Assembly (NCBI GenBank): GCA_041496385.1
Contig: JBGQEL010000140.1
Coordinates: forward strand, 1-10,406
Source: Candidatus Methylomirabilia bacterium
Lineage (GTDB): Bacteria > Methylomirabilota > Methylomirabilia > Rokubacteriales > CSP1-6
Direction: 5' to 3'
DNA length: 10,406 nucleotides
Program-made: the position numbers and the translations under genes
The notes under the pieces: generated by a model
Database searches by the model: none
Seen by the model: the letters and a program-made list of their open reading frames with translations, nothing else
Told to the model about the DNA's origin: nothing
Shown: one piece after another, positions 1-7,382 of the stretch
Position numbering within the stretch: position 1 is the first letter of the stretch
Layout: every line of letters starts with the position of its first letter

Positions 1-1
1 A

Positions 2-580
2 CACGATCGAGACCTCGCGCCGGAGGAGCGGCTGAGATTCGCGCCGGGCGAGGAGAGCCCGGAGTTCGACCCGGCGCGCGCGCCGCGGGTCGACGGCGCC
101 GACTGGCCCGCGGAGCGCCTCGCGAAGGTCGGGCGGAACTACGCCATGGACTACGTCCGCAGTGCGCTGCCGGAGCTGGTCGCCGCGTTCGGTCCGGCCG
201 AGGCGCGCCACCTCGGCGGCGTCACGGGCACGCTGATCGGCATGCAGTACTACGCGGAGACCGCCGCACGCCTCGGGATCGATGATCGCGGCCCCGCCGG
301 GTTCGCGCGGCTCCTGGCGGGGCTCGGCGCCGCACAGGACGACCAGGTCGAGTGGGAGGAGCGTCAGGACGAGGCGGTCGTGCGCCAGTCGACGTGGCGT
401 CTCGTGCAGGGGCTCGAGTCGCCCGCGCCGGCGGTGTTCGACGCGTGGAACGCCCTCTGGGAGGGCGCGCTCGCCGTCCACAACCGGCGCCTCGAGCTCG
501 TCGTGACCCGGCGCCTGGACCAGGGGGACGGCTGCATCGAGTGGCGCGTGCGGCCGCGGCGGCGCGCCCCGTCGCCGTGA
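2..580 (+). CDS. Uncharacterised protein, 5'-truncated (C-terminal 192 aa visible); possibly a V4R/ATC-hydrolase-like small-ligand-binding fold
   Basis: The frame of track ORF 146..580 is open back to position 2 (HDRDLAPEERLRFAPGEESPEFDPARAPRVDGADWPAERLAKVGRNYAMDYVR...), so the ATG at 146 is probably internal. Third codon positions are GC-rich and the composition is protein-like. The stop TGA (578-580) overlaps the next gene's GTG. The fold is only inferred from the helical start and the C-terminal 'RRLDQGDGCIEWRV' pattern. Confidence 0.8.
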   Translation, partial: HDRDLAPEERLRFAPGEESPEFDPARAPRVDGADWPAERLAKVGRNYAMDYVRSALPELVAAFGPAEARHLGGVTGTLIGMQYYAETAARLGIDDRGPAGFARLLAGLGAAQDDQVEWEERQDEAVVRQSTWRLVQGLESPAPAVFDAWNALWEGALAVHNRRLELVVTRRLDQGDGCIEWRVRPRRRAPSP

Positions 581-2886
581 GCGCGCCGCTCCGCTACACG
601 GGCGCGCGCGTCAAGCGCGTCGAGGACCCGCGCCTGCTCGGCGGGCGCGGCCGCTACGTGGACGACGTCGTCCTGCCGCGGATGCTCCACGTGGCGTTCG
701 TCCGCAGCCCGCACGCGCACGCGCGCGTCCTCGGTGTCGAGGCGCGCGCGGCGCGCGACCTGCCGGGAATCGCCGGAGTGTTCACCGGGAGCGATCTACG
801 CGGCCTGGCGCGGCCGCTGGCGCCGCGGCTCGAGGGCGAGGGCTTCGTGCCGACCGCGTGGCCCGCGCTCGCGGACGGAGAGGCGAGGTTCTGCGGCGAG
901 GCCGTCGCCGCCGTCGTCGCCGAGAGCCCGTACGTGGCCGCCGACGGTCGCGAGCTGGTCCGCGTCGAGTACGAGGCGCTGGAGGCGACGGCGACCATCG
1001 AGGCGGCGCTCGCGGCGGACCGCATTCTGTTCCGGCGCGCGTGGCGCCGGGGCGACGTCGCCGGCGCGTTCGCGCGGGCGGCCATCGTCCTGCGCGAGAC
1101 GTTCGAGCACGGGCGGTGCGCGGCGTCCCCGATGGAGCCGCGGGGCCTCGTCGCCGACTGGGACGGCGAGGCCCTCACGGTGTGGGCTTCCACGCAGACG
1201 CCGTCCATCCTGGTCACGGCGCTGGCGGGGGCGCTCGATCTGCCGGAGTCGCGCGTGCGGGTGATCGTCCCCGACGTCGGCGGCGGGTTCGGGCTCAAGA
1301 TGCACGTGTTCCCCGAGGACGTCGCCGTCGCCGCGCTGGCGCGCCGGCTCGACCGGCCGGTGAAGTGGGTCGAGGAGCGCCGGGAGAACCTCGCGGCGGG
1401 TTCCCAGGCGCGCGCCCAGCGCCTGGAGGTCGAGGCCGCCCTCGACGCCGGGGGCCTGCTGCAGGCACTCCGGGCGCGCGCGGTCGCCGACGGCGGCGCC
1501 TATCACGTCTACCCGGAGACGGGCGCGCTCGAGCCGCTGGGCAGCGTGGGCATCCTGCCGGGGCCTTACCGGACGGCGGCCTACGAGTACGAGGCCGTCA
1601 CCGCCCTCACGCACAAGCCGCCGCTCGGCGCCTACCGGGGCGTCGGCATGACCATGGGCGCGTTCGCCATGGAGCGGATGCTCGACATCGCGGCCGAGCG
1701 CGTCGGGATCGATCCCGCGGAGATCCGGCGGCGGAACTTGATTCCGCGGGACGGCTACCCGTTCGTCTCCGCGAGCGGCATGACCTACGACAGCGGCGAT
1801 TTTCCGAAGGCGCTCGCCCAGGTGCTCGCCGCGGTCGACTACGAACGGCTGCGGCGCGAGCAGGCGGCGCTGCGCGCGCGGGGACGGCTCGTCGGTATCG
1901 GGATCTCCTGCTACACCGAGTACACGGGCATGGGCGCCGAGGGCTTCAGGCGGCGCGGGGCGTCCGACGTGCCCGGGATCGAGGCCGCCACGGTGACGAT
2001 GGACCCGGACGGTACCGCGCGCTGCGCGACGAGCTTCCCGTCGCAGGGGCAGGGGCATGCGACGACGCTCGCCCAGGTCGTCGCCGACCGCCTCGGCGTC
2101 GCCCTGGAGTGCGTCCGCGTCGAGCCGGTCGACACACGCGCGGCGCCACGGGGCAGCGGGACGTTCGGCAGCCGCGGGGCCGTGTCCCAGCTCGGCGGCG
2201 CGGGCGCGGCGGCCGACGAGGTGCGAGCGAAGCTCCAGGCGCTCGCCGGGTTCCTCCTCGAGGCGAGCCCAGCCGACGTCGTGATGTCCGAGGGGCGGGC
2301 GCACGTGCGCGGCGTCCCCGCTCGTGGCGTCGGGCTCGCCGAGATCGCGCGCCTGGCGTACTCGCCCCCGCTCGGCGGGCTGCCGGGCGGGCTCGCGCCG
2401 GGACTCGCGGCGACCGTCTACTTCGATCCGCCGGGGCCGACGTTCTCCGGCGCGGTCCACGTGGCCGTCGTCGAGGTGGATCGCGAGACCGGCCGCGTGA
2501 CGGTCAGCCGCTACGCGGTCGTGGAGGATTGCGGCCCCCTGATCAACCCGACGATCGTGGAGGGCCAGATCCACGGCGCCGTCGCCCAGGGAATCGGCGA
2601 GGCCCTGCTCGAGCGTGTCGTCTACGACGGAGACGGCCAGCTCCTGACCGCGACCCTCATGGACTACGCGCTCCCGAAGGCCGACGACCTCCCGGCGTTC
2701 GAGATCGGCCACCTCGAGACGCCGGCGCCTGGGATGCCCGGAGGCGTCAAGGGCATGGGCGAGGGGGGGACGATCGGAGCTCCCGCGGCGATCGCCAACG
2801 CCGTCGCCGACGCTCTCCGCGGCACCGGCGTGCGCGTGACCTCGCTCCCGATCTCCCCCGAGTCGCTCGTCCGCGGACGGGCGTGA
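577..2886 (+). CDS. Xanthine dehydrogenase family molybdopterin-binding large subunit (CoxL/CutL-like, not form I CODH), 769 aa
   Basis: Family motifs: RVEDPRLLGGRGRYVDD, FVRSPHAHA, MEPRG, STQ, VGGGFGLK (1276-1299), GAYRGVG (1627-1647), SQGQGHATT, GTFGSR, DCGPLINPTIVEGQIHGAVAQGIGEAL and KGMGEGG with the catalytic Glu (2761-2763). I placed the start at GTG 577 (GTGA overlap). The track's extension from 352 is Arg/Pro/Ala-rich shadow sequence lying inside the upstream gene. Confidence 0.93.
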   Translation: MSAPLRYTGARVKRVEDPRLLGGRGRYVDDVVLPRMLHVAFVRSPHAHARVLGVEARAARDLPGIAGVFTGSDLRGLARPLAPRLEGEGFVPTAWPALADGEARFCGEAVAAVVAESPYVAADGRELVRVEYEALEATATIEAALAADRILFRRAWRRGDVAGAFARAAIVLRETFEHGRCAASPMEPRGLVADWDGEALTVWASTQTPSILVTALAGALDLPESRVRVIVPDVGGGFGLKMHVFPEDVAVAALARRLDRPVKWVEERRENLAAGSQARAQRLEVEAALDAGGLLQALRARAVADGGAYHVYPETGALEPLGSVGILPGPYRTAAYEYEAVTALTHKPPLGAYRGVGMTMGAFAMERMLDIAAERVGIDPAEIRRRNLIPRDGYPFVSASGMTYDSGDFPKALAQVLAAVDYERLRREQAALRARGRLVGIGISCYTEYTGMGAEGFRRRGASDVPGIEAATVTMDPDGTARCATSFPSQGQGHATTLAQVVADRLGVALECVRVEPVDTRAAPRGSGTFGSRGAVSQLGGAGAAADEVRAKLQALAGFLLEASPADVVMSEGRAHVRGVPARGVGLAEIARLAYSPPLGGLPGGLAPGLAATVYFDPPGPTFSGAVHVAVVEVDRETGRVTVSRYAVVEDCGPLINPTIVEGQIHGAVAQGIGEALLERVVYDGDGQLLTATLMDYALPKADDLPAFEIGHLETPAPGMPGGVKGMGEGGTIGAPAAIANAVADALRGTGVRVTSLPISPESLVRGRA

Positions 2887-2898
2887 TCGTCTCGAGGG

Positions 2899-4248
2899 CT
2901 ACTGCGTGCCGCCCTCGCCCGGCTTCGCCGGGGCGGGGTCGCCCCGGACCTCGACCTTCGCTCCGGGGACGAGCCGCGGCATGCCGTCGGTGACGACGCG
3001 CTCGCCGGGGGCGAGCCCCTTGGCCACGATCGTCTCCCCGCCCTGCGCGCGCTCGACGACCACGCGGCGGTTCTCGACGGTCGCGTCGGCCTTGACGACG
3101 TAGACGTACGGCCCCTGCTGTCCGGTCTGGAGCGCCTGCGAGGGCACGACGACCGCGTTCGGCTCGGTGGTCAGCGTGAGCTCGACGTTCACGAACTGAC
3201 CGGGCCAGAGCCGCTTCTCGTCGTTGGTGAAGGTCGCCTTGAGGCGGATCGTCCCGGTGGTGGTGTCGACGAGGTTGTCGACGAACGTCACCACCCCGCG
3301 CACGGGGCTCGGCTCGCCGGCCGGAAGGACCTGCACCGAGAGCGCCCCCGCGGCCATGTAGCGCTTGATCGCGGGGAGCTGTTGCTGGGGCACCGTGAAC
3401 GAGACGTAGATCGGTTGCACGCGGTTGATGACGAGCAGGGTCGAGTCGTTCGTGCCCGTGGACCGGACCACATTTCCCTCGTGCAGCATGAGGCTTCCGG
3501 TGCGCCCGTCGACCGGCGAGCGGATGGCCGTGTACTCCAGCTGGAGCCGGGCGTTCTGCACGGCGGCCTCGTCGGCTTTCACCGTCTCCTCGGCGCTCCT
3601 GATCGCGGCCCGGTCGGACTGCACGGTCTCCTCGGCGCTTCTGAGATCGGCCTGGTCGGCCTGGACCGTCGCCGCGAACATTTCGGAGTTCGTCTTGAGC
3701 TGGTCGTACTGCTCCTGCGCGATCAGCTCCCGCTTCAGGAGATCGCCGTAGCGCTCCACCTGCACCTTGGCGTTCTTCGCCTGGGCCTCGTCTCGCATGA
3801 TCGCCGCACGCGCCTGGCTGACGCGTGCCACGTCCCGCAGGAGCACGGCGCGGGCCTGCTGGATCTGGACCCGGTCCTTCGCGAGGTTCGCCTCGGCCTG
3901 CGCCAGCGCCGCCTGCAACGGGCGCGGATCGATCGTGAAGAGTAGATCGCCCTTGCGGACGTCCTGGCCCTCCTTGAAGTGGATGCGCATCAGCTCGCCG
4001 CCCACCTGGGCCTTCACGGAGACGACGGCGTACGCCTCGACGGTGCCGATCGCCTGGATCTGCAGCGGCATGCTCTTCTGCTCGACCACGGCGACCGCCA
4101 CCGGCACGGGCGGACGGCGCTGCCCTTGAGGCTGCTTGGACTCGGCCCGGTCGCCGGTGCAGGCCGCGACGGCCAGGCCGACCGCGACGAGCGCCAGGCC
4201 GAGGCCGGGGCGCGTCCTCCAGGACCGCGAGCTTCCGTAGAAGTGCAT
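2899..4248 (-). CDS. mdtA: RND efflux periplasmic adaptor (membrane fusion protein), MdtA/MuxA-like, 449 aa, with a putative lipoprotein signal and an extended alpha-hairpin
   Basis: C-terminal part of track ORF 2899..6705. ATG at 4248 has an SD-like element upstream. MFP motifs: VPVAVA, AIGTVEAYAVVSVKAQVGGEL, FKEGQDVRKGDLLFTIDPRP, LQLEYTAIRSPVDGRTG, QPIYVSFTVPQ, FVDNLVDTTTGTIRLKATFTN, LWPGQFVNV, GLAPGERVVTDG. Lipobox VAAC at 4159-4170. The family call is secure; orthology to mdtA is inferred from similarity and context. Confidence 0.9.
   Translation of the reverse strand: MHFYGSSRSWRTRPGLGLALVAVGLAVAACTGDRAESKQPQGQRRPPVPVAVAVVEQKSMPLQIQAIGTVEAYAVVSVKAQVGGELMRIHFKEGQDVRKGDLLFTIDPRPLQAALAQAEANLAKDRVQIQQARAVLLRDVARVSQARAAIMRDEAQAKNAKVQVERYGDLLKRELIAQEQYDQLKTNSEMFAATVQADQADLRSAEETVQSDRAAIRSAEETVKADEAAVQNARLQLEYTAIRSPVDGRTGSLMLHEGNVVRSTGTNDSTLLVINRVQPIYVSFTVPQQQLPAIKRYMAAGALSVQVLPAGEPSPVRGVVTFVDNLVDTTTGTIRLKATFTNDEKRLWPGQFVNVELTLTTEPNAVVVPSQALQTGQQGPYVYVVKADATVENRRVVVERAQGGETIVAKGLAPGERVVTDGMPRLVPGAKVEVRGDPAPAKPGEGGTQ
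3581..3664 (-). repeat. Two tandem 42-bp units in the adaptor hairpin, with a third, more diverged unit at about 3539-3580
   Basis: 3581-3622 (accgtctcctcggcgctcctgatcgcggcccggtcggactgc) and 3623-3664 (acggtctcctcggcgcttctgagatcggcctggtcggcctgg) match at 34/42 positions by manual alignment. The region encodes ATVQADQADLRSAE / ETVQSDRAAIRSAE / ETVKADEAAVQNAR. Confidence 0.85.
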
Positions 4249-4252
4249 GCCG

Positions 4253-4262
4253 CTCTCCCCCT
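4253..4262 (-). promoter_or_regulatory. Shine-Dalgarno site for the adaptor gene
   Basis: The minus strand reads TGA-gcc-AGGGGGAGAG-cggc-ATG across the 17-bp gap between the mdtC stop and ATG 4248. Confidence 0.7.
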
Positions 4263-4265
4263 GGC

Positions 4266-7200
4266 TCAATTGTGCACTCCCAGCCGGCCTTTGAACACGG
4301 GAAGCGCCCGCGGGCGGGCGAGCGCACCGCGCAGGCGGTCGAGGTAGAGGTAGACGACCGGGGTGGTGTAGAGCGTGAGGAGCTGCGACATGATGAGGCC
4401 GCCCACGATCGTGATACCGAGAGGCCGGCGCAGCTCCGCGCCGACGCCGGTCCCGAGGGCGAGCGGCAGGCCGCCGAGGAGCGCGGCCATCGTCGTCATC
4501 ATGATCGGACGGAAGCGCAGCAGGCAGGCCTGATAGATCGCCTCGGTGGGCGTCTTTCCGTCCCGGCGCTCGGCGTCGAGGGCGAAGTCGATCATCAGGA
4601 TCGCATTCTTCTTGACGAGGCCGATCAGGAGGATGATCCCGATCAGGGCGATCACGTTCAGGTCGCCGCGGACCATGAGCAGCGCGAGGATCGCCCCCAC
4701 GCCCGCGGACGGCAGCGTCGAGAGGATCGTGATCGGGTGGACGTAGCTCTCGTAGAGGACGCCCAGAACGATGTAGACGCTGACGAGGGCGGCGAGGATC
4801 AGCACCGGCTGATTCGCGAGCGAGGCCTGGAAGGCCTGGGCGGTGCCCTGGAAGCTCGCGCGGACCGAGGCGGGCATGCGCACCTGGGTCTCGGCGGCCT
4901 GGATCGAGCCGACGGCGTCGCCGAGCGCCATGCCGGGGGCGAGGTTGAACGAGAGCGTCACGGCCGGGAAGAACCCCTGATGGGCGACGGCCAGCGGCGT
5001 GGTGCTGGGCGCGAAGCGCGTGAGGGCGCTCAGGGGCACCTGGCTGCCGGTGGCCGACTTCACGTAGATCGACTTCAGCGCGTCCGGGTTCTGCTGGAAG
5101 CGCGGCGCGACCTCGAGGACGACGTGGTACTGGTTGAGCGGCGTGAAGATCGTCGAGACCTGGCGCTGGCCGAACGCGTCGTAGAGCGTGTCGTCGACGG
5201 CCTGCGGCAGGATGCCGAGGCGCGAGGCGGTGTCGCGGTCGATCACGAGCCCGGCCTGGAGCCCGCGGTTCTGCTGGTCGGTCGCCACGTCGCGCAGCCC
5301 CGGCAGGCTCCGCAGCTTGGCGAGCATCTGCGGGGCGAAGGCGTTGAGCTCGGCGAGGTCCGTGCTCTGCAGCGTGTACTGGTACTGCGCGTTGCTCTGC
5401 CGCCCCCCGATCCGGAGATCCTGTACGGCCTGGAGAAACAGCGTGGCGCCCGGCACGTGGGCCAGCTTCCCGCGCAGGCGGTCGATGACCAGATCGGCGG
5501 GGATCTTGCGCTCCGCGAGCGGCTTGAGCGAGACGAACATGCGTCCCGTGTTCGTCGTGTTGCTCCCGACCGCGCCGCCGCCCGTGAAGGCGACGACGTT
5601 CGCCACCGCGGGGTCGGCCTTCACCGTCGAGACGAACTCGGCCATCTTCTCGCGCATGGCGGGAAACGAGATGTCCTGCTCCCCCTGGATGCTGCCGGTG
5701 AGGCGCCCGGCGTCCTGCTGGGGGAAGAAGCCCTTGGGCACGATCATGAACAGGTAGACGTTCAGGCAGATCGTGCCGAGGAAGACGGCGAGGACCAGCG
5801 GCTGGTGGCGCAGGACCCAGCCGAGGGTGCGCTCGTAGAAGCGGTGGAGCCCGTCGAACGCCCACTCCCCGAGGAGATACAGCCGGCCGTGTCGCACCTC
5901 GCGCGTGGATCGGAGGAATTGCGCGCACATCATCGGCGTCGTGCTCAGCGACACCAGGAGCGAGACCAGGATCGCCATGGTGAGGGTCACGGCGAACTCG
6001 CGGAAGAGCCGGCCCACGAGGCCGCCCATCAATAGAATCGGGATGAAGACCGCGACGAGCGAAGTGCTCATCGAGAGGACCGTGAAGCCGATTTCCCGCG
6101 CGCCCTTGAGCGCCGCCTCCACGGGCGAGTCGCCGGCTTCGAGATAGCGGGTGATATTCTCGAGCACGACGATCGCGTCGTCGACCACGAAGCCGGTCGA
6201 GATCGTGAGCGCCATCAGCGAGAGGTTGTCGAGGCTGTAGCCGAACACGTACATTCCGGCGAACGTGCCCATGAGCGAGAGCGGCACCGCCACGCTCGGG
6301 ATGATCGTCGCCCAGACGTTTCGAAGGAAGAGGAACACGACGAGCACGACGAGTCCGATGGAGAGGAGGAGCGTCAGCTGGACGTCCCGGAAGGAGGCGC
6401 GGATGGTCGTCGTGCGGTCGAGGACGACCGCGATGTTGATCGTGGGAGGGATGGCCGCCTGGAGCGTCGGCATCAGGGCGACCACCCGGTCCACGGTGTC
6501 GATGATGTTCGCGCCCGGCTGCCGGAAGAGCACGAGCAGGACCGCACGCCGGCCGTTGGCCAGGCCCCCGGTGCGGACGTCCTCGACCGAGCTCACGACC
6601 TCGGCGAAGTCCCCGAGCCTGACGGGCGCGCCGTTCTGGTAGGCGACGATGACGGGACGGTACTCGTCGGCATCGAAGAGCTGATCGGTGGTATGGACCG
6701 CCCACGCGGTGGACGCGTCGGCCAGCTCGCCCTTCGGCGTGTTGGCGTTCACGGCGCGCAGGGCGGTGCGGATCTGATCGAGCCCGATGCCGATCTGGCT
6801 GAGGCGGCCCGGGTCGATCTGGGCGCGGACCGCGGGCTTGGCGCCTCCACCGACGAACACCTGCCCGACGCCCTCCACCTGTGAAGCCTTCTGCGCCAGG
6901 ATCGAGTCCGCGGCGTCGTAGAGGCGGCCGACGGGCAGCGTCTCCGACGTCAGGGCCAGGATCATGATCGGGGCGTCCGCCGGGTTCACCTTGCGGTAGG
7001 TCGGATTGTTCGGCATCCCCGACGGCAGCTGGCCCCGCGCGGCGTTGATCGCCGCCTGCACGTCCCGCGCGGCGGCGTCGATGCTCCGGCTGAGCTCGAA
7101 CTGGAGCACGATCGAGCTCGACCCGAGCACGCTGGTCGACGTCATCTCGGTCACGCCCGCGATCCGCCCGAACATGCGCTCGAGCGGCGTCGCCACCGAG

Positions 7201-7382
7201 GACGCCATGGTCTCGGGGCTCGCGCCCGGGAGGACCGCCTGCACCTGGATGACCGGGAACTCGACCTGCGGCAGCGATGCCACCGGCAGCGTCCGGTACG
7301 CGACGATGCCCGCCAGCAGCAACGCCACGCTCAGGAGCGAGGTGCCGATCGGCCGCCGGATGAAGGGCTCGGCGATGTTCAC
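4266..7382 (-). CDS. mdtC: Multidrug efflux RND transporter permease subunit MdtC (MuxC-like), 1038 aa
   Basis: GTG start at 7382 overlaps the mdtB stop (GTGA). The N-terminus [17 protein letters not shown]...[34 protein letters not shown]...[12 protein letters not shown]...[20 protein letters not shown] is MdtC-typical. Proton-relay motifs [20 protein letters not shown] and RFRPIMMTT are present. The track's extension to 9035 is a shadow frame inside mdtB. Confidence 0.93.
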   Translation of the reverse strand: MNIAEPFIRRPIGTSLLSVALLLAGIVAYRTLPVASLPQVEFPVIQVQAVLPGASPETMASSVATPLERMFGRIAGVTEMTSTSVLGSSSIVLQFELSRSIDAAARDVQAAINAARGQLPSGMPNNPTYRKVNPADAPIMILALTSETLPVGRLYDAADSILAQKASQVEGVGQVFVGGGAKPAVRAQIDPGRLSQIGIGLDQIRTALRAVNANTPKGELADASTAWAVHTTDQLFDADEYRPVIVAYQNGAPVRLGDFAEVVSSVEDVRTGGLANGRRAVLLVLFRQPGANIIDTVDRVVALMPTLQAAIPPTINIAVVLDRTTTIRASFRDVQLTLLLSIGLVVLVVFLFLRNVWATIIPSVAVPLSLMGTFAGMYVFGYSLDNLSLMALTISTGFVVDDAIVVLENITRYLEAGDSPVEAALKGAREIGFTVLSMSTSLVAVFIPILLMGGLVGRLFREFAVTLTMAILVSLLVSLSTTPMMCAQFLRSTREVRHGRLYLLGEWAFDGLHRFYERTLGWVLRHQPLVLAVFLGTICLNVYLFMIVPKGFFPQQDAGRLTGSIQGEQDISFPAMREKMAEFVSTVKADPAVANVVAFTGGGAVGSNTTNTGRMFVSLKPLAERKIPADLVIDRLRGKLAHVPGATLFLQAVQDLRIGGRQSNAQYQYTLQSTDLAELNAFAPQMLAKLRSLPGLRDVATDQQNRGLQAGLVIDRDTASRLGILPQAVDDTLYDAFGQRQVSTIFTPLNQYHVVLEVAPRFQQNPDALKSIYVKSATGSQVPLSALTRFAPSTTPLAVAHQGFFPAVTLSFNLAPGMALGDAVGSIQAAETQVRMPASVRASFQGTAQAFQASLANQPVLILAALVSVYIVLGVLYESYVHPITILSTLPSAGVGAILALLMVRGDLNVIALIGIILLIGLVKKNAILMIDFALDAERRDGKTPTEAIYQACLLRFRPIMMTTMAALLGGLPLALGTGVGAELRRPLGITIVGGLIMSQLLTLYTTPVVYLYLDRLRGALARPRALPVFKGRLGVHN

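Noticed and set aside
352..576. N-terminal extension of the 844-aa track ORF
   Set aside because: It is Arg/Ala/Pro-rich, overlaps the upstream gene in another frame, and family similarity begins only after GTG 577.
1630..1647. Calling the gene coxL (aerobic CO dehydrogenase)
   Set aside because: It lacks the AYRCSFR motif with the Cu-ligand Cys, and there is no cox cluster in the window.
2928..2947. 8-bp GC hairpin CCGGGGCG-gggt-CGCCCCGG downstream of the molybdoenzyme stop
   Set aside because: It has no U-tract on either strand, lies within adaptor coding sequence, and is expected by chance at this GC content.
796..2993. Long alternative ORFs 796..2712 (-) and 858..2993 (+)
   Set aside because: These are antisense or shifted shadows of the molybdoenzyme gene. 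Stop codons are rare at this GC content, and the translations are Arg/Gly-rich with no motifs.
3539..3664. The 42-bp periodicity as a CRISPR or non-coding repeat
   Set aside because: The units are contiguous, in-frame and degenerate, have no spacers, and are explained by coiled-coil duplication.
3718..3753. Ala instead of Ser at the third position of the hairpin-tip RLS motif (RYGDLLKRELIA)
   Set aside because: Arg and Leu are retained, and as I recall Ala is a common variant in MdtA-like adaptors. This is not evidence that OMF binding is lost.
4272..6035. 587-aa + strand ORF and smaller antisense ORFs over mdtB/mdtC
   Set aside because: They mirror the RND genes on the opposite strand, a typical high-GC artefact.
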